Shown here: in pieces, positions 11,141-19,829 of the stretch
Numbering within the stretch: position 1 is the first letter of the stretch
Layout of the letters: every line of letters begins with the position of its first letter
From: Nitrosopumilaceae archaeon
GTDB taxonomy: Archaea; Thermoproteota; Nitrososphaeria; Nitrososphaerales; Nitrosopumilaceae
Direction: 5' to 3'
Length of the DNA: 64,000 bases
NCBI GenBank assembly: GCA_965209085.1
Contig: OZ242376.1
Coordinates: 512,001-576,000 of the forward strand
Program-made: the position numbers and the translations under genes
The notes under the pieces: generated by a model
The model's database searches: none
Told to the model about the DNA's origin: nothing
What the model saw: only the letters and a program-made list of their open reading frames with translations

Positions 11141-11845
11141 ATGTTTAATATCTCGCATGAATTATATAATCAGTTGACTAGTAAATCAAAATTAGCATGG
11201 AAACGTATCGTTCCCAATAAAAAACCTACTGGACACATTGCATATTATTACAGTGATGATGATGCATCTCTTCCAATACGTGCAGTTCGAAAAAAAAATG
11301 ACAACAAATCAGATCCGAATATAGAAACAAAATCATATGGTATGTTTTCTACATGTATGCCTCCAGCACGAAAAAACATGGTTAAACGTAATGATTCCTA
11401 TATTTTCTTTTTTACTAAATGGATGGGGAAACGAATGTTTACTGGATATTATGAATTAAGCAGTTATCTCAATACGGGAATAACGCCTATTCGCGGTGGA
11501 AAAGAATCTAATTTTAGTGATTATGCATTGTTAGCTAAACACACTCATTTTATCAAAAACGGAATTCCACTGACTGGTAAAAAATGGAGCAAAATCGTAC
11601 TTGATAAAATTAAAAATAAAGAAATCAAGGGATATGGTCCACGAGATTTTTCCAAAATTGATTCTGCTATAACTATGAAACTTAAAAAAATATTGGATCG
11701 TCATTCAAACATAACTAAAGAATATGTCCGAGAGATTAAAAAAATGGAAAAAGAAAATTTCGTAAACGATAAAATGTGTTATCCCACATGGGGTAGAAAA
11801 ACTGGATTCACAAAAACAAATTTTCGAGATTTTGTAAAATGGTAG
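11141..11845 (+). CDS. Hypothetical protein, Nmad2/Nmad3-like (nucleotide-modification-associated)
   Basis: DPNIETKSYGMFSTCMPPAR...YIFFFT...GYY resembles Nmad-type motifs; AT-rich island. Confidence 0.55.
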   Translation: MFNISHELYNQLTSKSKLAWKRIVPNKKPTGHIAYYYSDDDASLPIRAVRKKNDNKSDPNIETKSYGMFSTCMPPARKNMVKRNDSYIFFFTKWMGKRMFTGYYELSSYLNTGITPIRGGKESNFSDYALLAKHTHFIKNGIPLTGKKWSKIVLDKIKNKEIKGYGPRDFSKIDSAITMKLKKILDRHSNITKEYVREIKKMEKENFVNDKMCYPTWGRKTGFTKTNFRDFVKW

Positions 11846-11979
11846 ACAACCATCCTCATAAATGGGAATGCACTAGTTGCGGTAATATACTTGAAGGACA
11901 AATGTGTCTACTAAAACGCTGTGAAAAATGTAAAGCAGTTGGGTGTATGACAAGATGGATGTATGGTGATGTTAAATGA
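11839..11979 (+). CDS. 46-aa zinc-ribbon protein
   Basis: MVDNHPHKWECTSCGNILEGQMCLLKRCEKCKAVGCMTRWMYGDVK; two CxxC pairs; overlaps both neighbours. Confidence 0.65.
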   Translation: MVDNHPHKWECTSCGNILEGQMCLLKRCEKCKAVGCMTRWMYGDVK

Positions 11980-12566
11980 ATGAATTGCGAGAATTACAAA
12001 AATACCAGAATGTACACGATCTTGAATGCCATAAAGATATCTTACGATTAAAATTTGACGATAGTTTCAAACATGATGTGTTGCATTTTGGTAAATATTC
12101 TGGAAGATTATCTAAATTATTAGAATCAAAATATGAAACGCCTAAAAACACATCCGATATTAAAAAAACAATTGTCGACGCATTTATAATCATATTGCAT
12201 TTATCAAATACATTTAATTTTGATCTTTTAAAAATTTTAGATTGTATGGATATAAATAATGGCACCATTGATGATGTAGTTGCAAAAATAATTAAAAATA
12301 ATCCTGATTTATATAAATCACTCAATGTCACAAATTATGATGATAAATTATTGCAATTCATACTTAAATTAACCTCGACAATAGGACCATTACAAAAATT
12401 TGCTGAAGATTTAGATCATCTGTTAGGTTTTGAAATTAAAAAAATGCGTGATGAATTAATTAAATTAACACCAATTATATTACTTGAAGGTAAAATATGG
12501 GGAGTTAATTTTAATAATGACGTAAAACAACGTTGGATTGATATAAAACAAAACCAAACTGTCTAG
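11976..12566 (+). CDS. MazG-like all-alpha NTP pyrophosphatase-fold protein
   Basis: LQKYQNVHD...H.VLHFGKYSGRL...IVDAFIIILHLSNTFNFDL...RW. Confidence 0.55.
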   Translation: MNELRELQKYQNVHDLECHKDILRLKFDDSFKHDVLHFGKYSGRLSKLLESKYETPKNTSDIKKTIVDAFIIILHLSNTFNFDLLKILDCMDINNGTIDDVVAKIIKNNPDLYKSLNVTNYDDKLLQFILKLTSTIGPLQKFAEDLDHLLGFEIKKMRDELIKLTPIILLEGKIWGVNFNNDVKQRWIDIKQNQTV

Positions 12567-12848
12567 AGTTTTGAATCTAAATTACAGAGATATTCTTCCA
12601 AATAGTCATGAAATTTCAGATCTCTCACTCTGCGCCTCCTTTACACTAGTCAATATCTTGTGAGCCTCAGCACCGCTTTTTGGGCGGCGGTCGTATGCAA
12701 TCTTGTATATTATGACGTTTGGTCTATTCCTCTTTAGGTGGTATTGTTGTGTTAGTAGGTACGGTAGAAAATACTTGATCAAATCACTTCAAAACTCTGA
12801 ATAGTTGTCATAAATGTAATCATGATTTATTTTAAAAATTCATACCCA

Positions 12849-13496
12849 TTATGTTAATTTAGATATAAATTTGATAATTTTTAAAAATTCACTAATATAT
12901 CTCTCTTTATTAATTTTTTGATATCCGCCGCCACGTATGATAAAAGCAGGATGCCATAATGGAAATACATGATAATTTTTATATTCAATAAACTCTCCAA
13001 AAATTATTTTTGTACGATCTTTGAGAATTATTTTAGATGATGGCAATCCCAAGGTTACAATTAATTTGGGTTGTATTATATTAATTTCTAGATCAAGATA
13101 ATCTGTGCAATTATTAATTTCATTTTTTGTTGGGCATCGATTTGTACCATCTAATTTCTGTGGATTACATTTTACTATATTTGTAATATAAACACGTTTT
13201 AGATCGGGTCTTTCTGATTCCGGTTTTGATGTACTAAAACCCATTTGACATAATATTTCTTGTAATAACCTACCACTTCGATCTTTTGTGAATGGAACGC
13301 CCGTAATATTCGCTCCATATCTTCCAGGTGCTTCTCCAATAAACATGACATCTGCATTAAAATCACCATACCCTACCACGGATTGTTTTCTAGATTTAAC
13401 TAATGCTTCGCATTTTAGACAATTTTTAATATTTTCATTAATGGGATAAATTTGGCGCTGTTTTTTTATAGTTGTGATAGATTTGAGCATTGCCAA
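12849..13496 (-). CDS. Uracil-DNA glycosylase (family 4/5, Fe-S)
   Basis: CxxC, IGEAPG, GVPFT..SG, ITNIVKC.P..NR.P, HPA. Confidence 0.9.
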   Translation of the reverse strand: MAMLKSITTIKKQRQIYPINENIKNCLKCEALVKSRKQSVVGYGDFNADVMFIGEAPGRYGANITGVPFTKDRSGRLLQEILCQMGFSTSKPESERPDLKRVYITNIVKCNPQKLDGTNRCPTKNEINNCTDYLDLEINIIQPKLIVTLGLPSSKIILKDRTKIIFGEFIEYKNYHVFPLWHPAFIIRGGGYQKINKERYISEFLKIIKFISKLT

Positions 13497-13853
13497 TTAA
13501 TAATTTACACCCAATTATGCTAGTATAAAGACGTATTGGAAACTCAGGCTCTGTCCATGAATAAAATCCAAAACATACCGTAAAGCTTTTAGATCATGAG
13601 TGTAAACGACTGAAAAATCTTTTGATCAACAGATCTGAGCGATTTTAATGAACATAACAAAATACAAATGACAAGAAAATTTCATCAGATTAAATCAAAT
13701 GTTAACCTTGATCACAATGAAAACAAAAAACCAAGTAGGCAACCACAAGAATTTTTCTAAATCTATGGCACAATATTTCAGATACTTTACATCGAGTACG
13801 TATTTTGAACATATGTGAATTTTGTCTTATTTACTGTGAAGATTTAATAATAT

Positions 13854-14183
13854 TTGTTTATACGTAATATCATGCTATTTGGAGTCTTTGCAGTACACAG
13901 TCCGGAATCCTGCCCGCTCAACAATGATGCCAGCAAAAATAAAGTCATAAAGATGCATGAGAGTATGGAGCCAAATCTTGCCAAATTCAATATTGAGCGA
14001 ATCGTAGGTTCTTTTATATCTGCATTAGAGCACCAATGGGTGCTGATTTTGGATGCAAAAAGTGCCCACGAGATTGAAAAATTCTGCATACATACGGGAA
14101 TATCATCAATCAATACGATAAAGATCGTACCATTAAACAACTTTGAAGATATTGTTGCAAAAATAAAATCAACTTCACACTAG
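13854..14183 (+). CDS. Hypothetical protein
   Basis: HSPESCP motif; likely start at ATG 13872. Confidence 0.7.
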   Translation: MFIRNIMLFGVFAVHSPESCPLNNDASKNKVIKMHESMEPNLAKFNIERIVGSFISALEHQWVLILDAKSAHEIEKFCIHTGISSINTIKIVPLNNFEDIVAKIKSTSH

Positions 14184-14201
14184 ATTTTTAATATAATTAG
14201 T

Positions 14202-17093
14202 TTAACGGCGTCTTCGAACCGGGCGTTTTGTGGTGCGTTTTACAGTCTTACGTCGTGCACTGGATTTTACGGTACGTTTTTTGATCTTTACACGTTTTAC
14301 AATTTTACGACGTACACTGGATTTCCCAATACGTTTCTTACCCTGTACACGTTTTACAATTTTACGTTGTGCACCAGATTTCACGGTACGTTTTTTGACC
14401 TTTACACGTTTTACAATTTTACGCCCTCTAAACTTTACATTTTTTCTAGCTGGTACACGTTTCACATTTTGCAAAGCTGCCTGTGCTGCGGCAATTATTG
14501 CAATGGGTATCCTATGCGGGGATGCACTAACATAATCAAGTCCGGCTTTATGACAAAATACTATGGACCTTGGATCCCCTCCATGCTCCCCACAAATGCC
14601 AGCTTCAATTCCCCGCCTAGTTTTTCTACCACGCTCCAATGCAATCTTCATCAAATCTCCAACTCCATCCTCATCTATTGACTGGAATGGACTTGTATCA
14701 AGAATCTCTTTTTCTATATACTCTGGCAGAAATTTACCTTCTGCATCCTCTCGGCTAAAGCTAAACGTGGCCTGTGTCAAATCGTTTGTTCCAAAACTAA
14801 AAAATTCAGCAGTCCGTGCAAGATCTCCGGCAGTAAGTGCAGCCCTTACAACCTCTATCATGGTGCCAAAATTAATCTTAAATCTCATCTTGTGTTTTGA
14901 TTGCATTTGCACGCGTACACGCTCGTATATGCTCTTGATATAATCAAGCTCAGCCAAACTTCCCACCTGTGGTACCATTATCTGTGCTATTCCCTTTATC
15001 TTACCACCTGACATGTGAGCTGCTGCCTCAAAGACTGCCCTTATCTGCATCTCGTAAATTTCCGGATACGTGACTGCCACACGCACGCCCCTATGACCCA
15101 TCATGGGGTTTATCTCTGCTAACTCACGTGCCCTCTCCAAAATCGGCCTAAAATTTTCAGCCTCTGATTCGCCCATGGACCTTATCTTATCTGCAAGCTC
15201 TTCAGGATTTGGAAGAAATTCATGCAGCGGCGGATCAAGCAGCCGTATGGTAACTGGCCTGCCACTCATCGCAGTAAGTATCTCTACAAAATCATCTCTT
15301 TGCAGCTGACCAAGCTTTACAAGAGATTTTGCACGCTCTGCATCATCTTTTGCCATTATCATATCCACAAACAACTGTATGCGGTCCTCGCCGTTGAACA
15401 TTCTCTCCGTACGGCACAACCCGATACCTTCAGCACCGTATTCATCTGCAAGTTTGGCACCCTCTGGCGTGTCAGCATTTGCCCGAACGCCAATCTTTTT
15501 TGCCTGCAAAGCCCAAGTTAGGATTTTCTTAAAATCATCTGTCATCTTTGGCTCTATTGTTGGAACGCTGCCAATGTATACTGAACCCGTACTGCCATCG
15601 ATGGTTATAGTATCTCCTTCTGATATTACAACCTCACCGCAGACACATTTGTTGTTTTTTGCATCAATTTTCATCTCTGATGCCCCGACAATGCACGGTT
15701 TGCCCATTCCACGTGCCACTACTGCCGCATGCGATGTCTTACCACCGCGACTAGTCAATATCCCAGCTGATGCAAAAAATGCTGGAACATCCTCCGGTTT
15801 TGTCTCCTCCCGTATCAGTATGATGCTTTTACCATCCTCTCCCATAGCAGTTGCACGTTTTACATCAAATACTGCAACTCCCACGGCAGCTCCGGGGGAT
15901 GCTGCAATTCCTGTAACGGCTTTGGTGTAAGATGGTACTTTGTCATTATCAATCATGTTGTGGAGCAGCTGCTCCAACTGTTCAGCATTCAGGCGCGTAA
16001 TTGCCCTACTTGATGAGATGAGACGCTCTGATACCATGTCTATGCTAGTCTTTATCATGGCAACTGCGTTCATCTTTGCATTGCGCGTCTGCAAAAGATA
16101 AAATCTTCCACGCTCTATTGTAAATTCTATATCCTGCGGTTCCTTGTAGTGTTTTTCCAATTTGCTGCATGTTTGAGCTAACGTCTTGTACGAGTCGGGC
16201 ATCTCATTTCTCATCATATCTACAGGTTTTGGCGTGCGAGTACCAGCTACCACATCCTCACCTTGGGCATTTACAAGATATTCTCCAAAGATCTGCCTTT
16301 TACCATCCCCAGGGTTTCTTGTAAATACGACACCTGTGGCACTATCATCCCCCATATTGCCAAACACCATGGATACAACATTGACTGCCGTACCATTAGC
16401 TATCTCTTTTGTTATGTGATTTTTTCCCCTATACACTATGGCCCTCTCGCCCATCCAGCTTGAAAAAACAGCCTTTATGGCAAGCTCTACCTGTTCCTGT
16501 GGTTTTGAGGGAAATTCTTTTCCGGTATGGTTTTTGCAGATTCTCTTATACTCTGATACTATATTGCGTAAAGAGGCCTCACTTAGCTCCCCATCAGTCT
16601 TTACATTTTGGGAATTTTTTGCACCAGTCAGTACGGTTTCAAATAATTCATCATCTATACCAAAGACCACCTTACCGAAGAGCTGCATAAATCTCCTGTA
16701 CGAATCCCATGCAAATCGTGGATTACTACTCATGGCAGCCAATCCGTCAACTGTTGAATCATTTAATCCCAAATTGAGTATCGTGTCCATCATGCCGGGC
16801 ATCGATACTGCCGCACCAGATCGCACAGAAACCAAAAGCGGGTTTTTTGGATTATTCCACCCTTTGCCGGTTTTTTTCTCCATCCTTGCAATGCCGCGGC
16901 TCACCTGTGATAGGACCTCGCGGTTTAGTTTTTTCCCATTTGCATAGTATGATTTGCATACCTCTGTGGTTATGACAAATCCTGGGGGAACTGGCAGCTT
17001 TAGGCGCGTCATCTCTGAGAGTCCGGCACCTTTGCCTCCAAGCAGTTTCTTATTATTCCCTTTTCCTTCGCTAAAATCATACACTGCCTTCAT
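14202..17093 (-). CDS. ppdK: Pyruvate phosphate dikinase with a Lys/Arg-rich C-terminal tail
   Basis: GGKGAGL, SVRSGA..SMPGMMDT, GGKTSHAAVVAR, FSFGTNDL, GICGEHGG. Confidence 0.97.
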   Translation of the reverse strand: MKAVYDFSEGKGNNKKLLGGKGAGLSEMTRLKLPVPPGFVITTEVCKSYYANGKKLNREVLSQVSRGIARMEKKTGKGWNNPKNPLLVSVRSGAAVSMPGMMDTILNLGLNDSTVDGLAAMSSNPRFAWDSYRRFMQLFGKVVFGIDDELFETVLTGAKNSQNVKTDGELSEASLRNIVSEYKRICKNHTGKEFPSKPQEQVELAIKAVFSSWMGERAIVYRGKNHITKEIANGTAVNVVSMVFGNMGDDSATGVVFTRNPGDGKRQIFGEYLVNAQGEDVVAGTRTPKPVDMMRNEMPDSYKTLAQTCSKLEKHYKEPQDIEFTIERGRFYLLQTRNAKMNAVAMIKTSIDMVSERLISSSRAITRLNAEQLEQLLHNMIDNDKVPSYTKAVTGIAASPGAAVGVAVFDVKRATAMGEDGKSIILIREETKPEDVPAFFASAGILTSRGGKTSHAAVVARGMGKPCIVGASEMKIDAKNNKCVCGEVVISEGDTITIDGSTGSVYIGSVPTIEPKMTDDFKKILTWALQAKKIGVRANADTPEGAKLADEYGAEGIGLCRTERMFNGEDRIQLFVDMIMAKDDAERAKSLVKLGQLQRDDFVEILTAMSGRPVTIRLLDPPLHEFLPNPEELADKIRSMGESEAENFRPILERARELAEINPMMGHRGVRVAVTYPEIYEMQIRAVFEAAAHMSGGKIKGIAQIMVPQVGSLAELDYIKSIYERVRVQMQSKHKMRFKINFGTMIEVVRAALTAGDLARTAEFFSFGTNDLTQATFSFSREDAEGKFLPEYIEKEILDTSPFQSIDEDGVGDLMKIALERGRKTRRGIEAGICGEHGGDPRSIVFCHKAGLDYVSASPHRIPIAIIAAAQAALQNVKRVPARKNVKFRGRKIVKRVKVKKRTVKSGAQRKIVKRVQGKKRIGKSSVRRKIVKRVKIKKRTVKSSARRKTVKRTTKRPVRRRR
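14240..14425 (-). repeat. About 3 degenerate 57-bp coding repeats (RKIVKRV.....)
   Basis: ACACGTTTTACAATTTTACG recurs at 57-bp spacing. Confidence 0.85.
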
Positions 17094-17205
17094 TTTCAGA
17101 ATACAAAGTCGATTTTTGGCATATTAAAACCCATAGATGAGATGGATAACATATTGTATGGTGAGATTTTAAATTTATGCAATATACATATCTGATTATC
17201 TCACA

Positions 17206-17865
17206 TCATATCTGGGATGCAAAATCGCCTATAATTTTATCCCAATTTTTTGCGCGTATAACTCCGCTTGCAACTAGAATGCCCTTTGAGCCAAGACTGA
17301 TTGCACTTGATACATCTTCGGCAGTTACAATGCCTGCACCGCACAGCAGTTTTGTTCTGTTTTTTGCTAATGCGACAGCCTTTGCTGAACCGCTGATGAT
17401 CTTTGGCTTGTGTTTGGAGACTGATTTGCCAGAACCGATAAGGTCTGGGGGCTCTACTGCAACATAATTTGGATTTATTTTTGCCATTTTGCCAGATTCT
17501 GCGGCATTTTTTGCACATACTATACTCAAAAGGTGCATCTTTGAGAGTCTGCTGACAGTCTCCTGTATGTGGGATATGGGAACGCGGTGCTCGCTGTGGT
17601 TTATTATGGCACCGGCTATCTTTGAGTTTGCAAGCATTTCTGGAATGACATATCCTGTCGTACTGCCGGTTCCCTGTATGTCAACATGCTGAGCTAACAC
17701 TGTTATCTTTGATGACTGTGCAAGCCATGTGCACATGTGAGATGGTGGTGCTATGGCAATTTTTGCCTTGTATTTTTTTGATGCTTTGAGGGCAGAATTT
17801 GCAAGTTGGAGCAGTTTTTTTGGAGATGATACTTCGGCATAGTTTTTACAGTTGATTACAAGCAA
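17206..17865 (-). CDS. tpiA: Triosephosphate isomerase (archaeal type)
   Basis: INCKNY, AQH, INHSEHR, AVEPP.LIG.G, CGAGI, LVASG. Confidence 0.95.
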   Translation of the reverse strand: MLVINCKNYAEVSSPKKLLQLANSALKASKKYKAKIAIAPPSHMCTWLAQSSKITVLAQHVDIQGTGSTTGYVIPEMLANSKIAGAIINHSEHRVPISHIQETVSRLSKMHLLSIVCAKNAAESGKMAKINPNYVAVEPPDLIGSGKSVSKHKPKIISGSAKAVALAKNRTKLLCGAGIVTAEDVSSAISLGSKGILVASGVIRAKNWDKIIGDFASQI

Positions 17866-18072
17866 TATGATGGCGTATTGGCTCTGGGTTATTAATACCG
17901 TGTATTTTTATTATTGATAAATTTAACGAATTAATGATGTATGTGTTATTTTATAATATCTTTTCTATTTTTTAAGATGGTATAACATAATTAAATATTA
18001 AGAACAAGTCATAATTTAGATCTATGAAGATCTGAATGTTGGATTGCATAATGTACTTGCAACATTTTAAAA

Positions 18073-19371
18073 TTATATTCCTAATAATCCAGACTCATTA
18101 ATAACATTCCCAAGTAAATTTACAGGATCTGACCTATGTAAATACGATTGTTTTGTATCAAATGCAACAAAATTGTATTTCATATCCAAATTTAAACAAA
18201 ATCTTCTAATAATTCTGAATGCTGATTCATCTTCATTTATCACATATTTTAATAATTCAATTACAGGTTCTGGACATTTTTTATACATGTTTTGAATTCC
18301 AATATCATTTTTGAATGCTCGCTTTAAAAGCTCCAAAATTTTTACATCTTCACATATCATTGAAGCTAATAATAGATATGATGGATCATGATTAATTATT
18401 TTTGCAATATGTCTATGATGTGATATTAATGTGATCCATAACAATAGTGTTTTTAAATATTTTTCAAAATACTTATTTTTTTCTTCTTGAGGGTTTCCGA
18501 TCATCTGTGCATCCTGTAAAACAAAACGAACGATGTTGAGTGTTCTTTTGATGGCACGAGGATTTAAATTAAAATTATCTAGCAACTCATCAACTTCATT
18601 ACTGTCACCCATGGATAATAATTCACGTATGTAACCAATAAACATGTTATCTCGTTTTGATGAAATTGACAATCTTAATTGAAACATTTTTTCAAGATGT
18701 TGCCTTCCTGAAATAGCTCCAAGTTCAGACCTATAACGTAATTGCCAAGCTTGTTCAAGTTTTAACATGTCTGCAGCAATAACAAATATGACATTTTTAA
18801 CAGATAGAAACATTTTGATGGATTCGAATATTTTAAACATGCTCTCTGGATTGCATCTATCCAAATCATCTACAAATATGACAAATTTATTATCACCTAC
18901 AATTTTTTCTAATGTGTCTGATATTGTTTCTATATTTTTTATAGATTCTTTATATTTTTCTACCATTTCATCCGATGATATATTTACGATACTTTTTAGT
19001 GCTTGATCAAGTAGCATACATGATATAATTTTAGCAATTTTAGTTTTATTATGTTTATCTTCAATATGTTGAAAAAGTCCTGCCACTACATCCGTTTTTT
19101 CATATTTCCATGCATTAAATTCTATAACTCTTACGTCATTTTTATTGTATAATTCTATTCTTTTTTTGACAGCATTAAGTAATGTTGTTTTACCATCTCC
19201 CCATTCCCCATTAATTCCAATAGAAAATGGTGTGGGTGTTTTATCATCCATTATGAATGCTGCAATTTTTTTTGCATGTATATCAAAGTTAAAATATAAA
19301 TTTTCATGTTCAGGTTCATCAGTATATGTTTGAAGTCTTTCAAGAAATCGCTTTTTTTTATCTTCGACCAT
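18073..19371 (-). CDS. KAP-family P-loop NTPase
   Basis: GEWGDGKT, FNAWKY, FVDDLDRC, LEKMFQL, NPRAIKR. Confidence 0.9.
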   Translation of the reverse strand: MVEDKKKRFLERLQTYTDEPEHENLYFNFDIHAKKIAAFIMDDKTPTPFSIGINGEWGDGKTTLLNAVKKRIELYNKNDVRVIEFNAWKYEKTDVVAGLFQHIEDKHNKTKIAKIISCMLLDQALKSIVNISSDEMVEKYKESIKNIETISDTLEKIVGDNKFVIFVDDLDRCNPESMFKIFESIKMFLSVKNVIFVIAADMLKLEQAWQLRYRSELGAISGRQHLEKMFQLRLSISSKRDNMFIGYIRELLSMGDSNEVDELLDNFNLNPRAIKRTLNIVRFVLQDAQMIGNPQEEKNKYFEKYLKTLLLWITLISHHRHIAKIINHDPSYLLLASMICEDVKILELLKRAFKNDIGIQNMYKKCPEPVIELLKYVINEDESAFRIIRRFCLNLDMKYNFVAFDTKQSYLHRSDPVNLLGNVINESGLLGI

Positions 19372-19500
19372 TTAAAAATAATGTTTGTATGGTATAATAT
19401 ATGTTTTAAAAATTTTTGATTTACTCATTTTCTATACATGAACCACTTAATTAGTAATCTGTGTCTAACATGTACACCAAATTCACAAAATCTGCATTTC

Positions 19501-19818
19501 TCACGCACTGCTTATATTCTCAGTCCATCTGCGCTCATCATCATACCGTCTCTTCATAATGTATACTGTCAGCATCAAAGCAATGGCTGCAATATTTGTA
19601 CCAATTATGAAAATATCCCCGACGGCAATGCCGTAAATCAGCCATAAGGTGGCTCCTGCCAAAATAAGCAGCAAAAGATATTTTGAAATGTCTTTGAGAC
19701 TTTTGGTGCGGTATCCTTTTAACAATTGTTGCACCCATCCTGAAAGTATGAGTATGCCGGCAATCGTTACAATAATGGACAGCCATGGCTCTCCAATCTC
19801 CATATAACCCTCACTCAT
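19501..19818 (-). CDS. SemiSWEET/PQ-loop transporter
   Basis: Three TM segments; QLLKGYRTKSLKDIS...LWLIYG. Confidence 0.85.
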   Translation of the reverse strand: MSEGYMEIGEPWLSIIVTIAGILILSGWVQQLLKGYRTKSLKDISKYLLLLILAGATLWLIYGIAVGDIFIIGTNIAAIALMLTVYIMKRRYDDERRWTENISSA

Positions 19819-19829
19819 CTCACATTCAC

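Noticed and set aside
12600-12720. Possible IS66 C-terminal remnant (KSGAEAHKILTSVK)
   Set aside because: Similarity too short and degenerate to call.
14230-14430. Regularly spaced repeats resembling a CRISPR array
   Set aside because: The intervening sequences are themselves similar and in frame in ppdK; no cas genes or leader seen.
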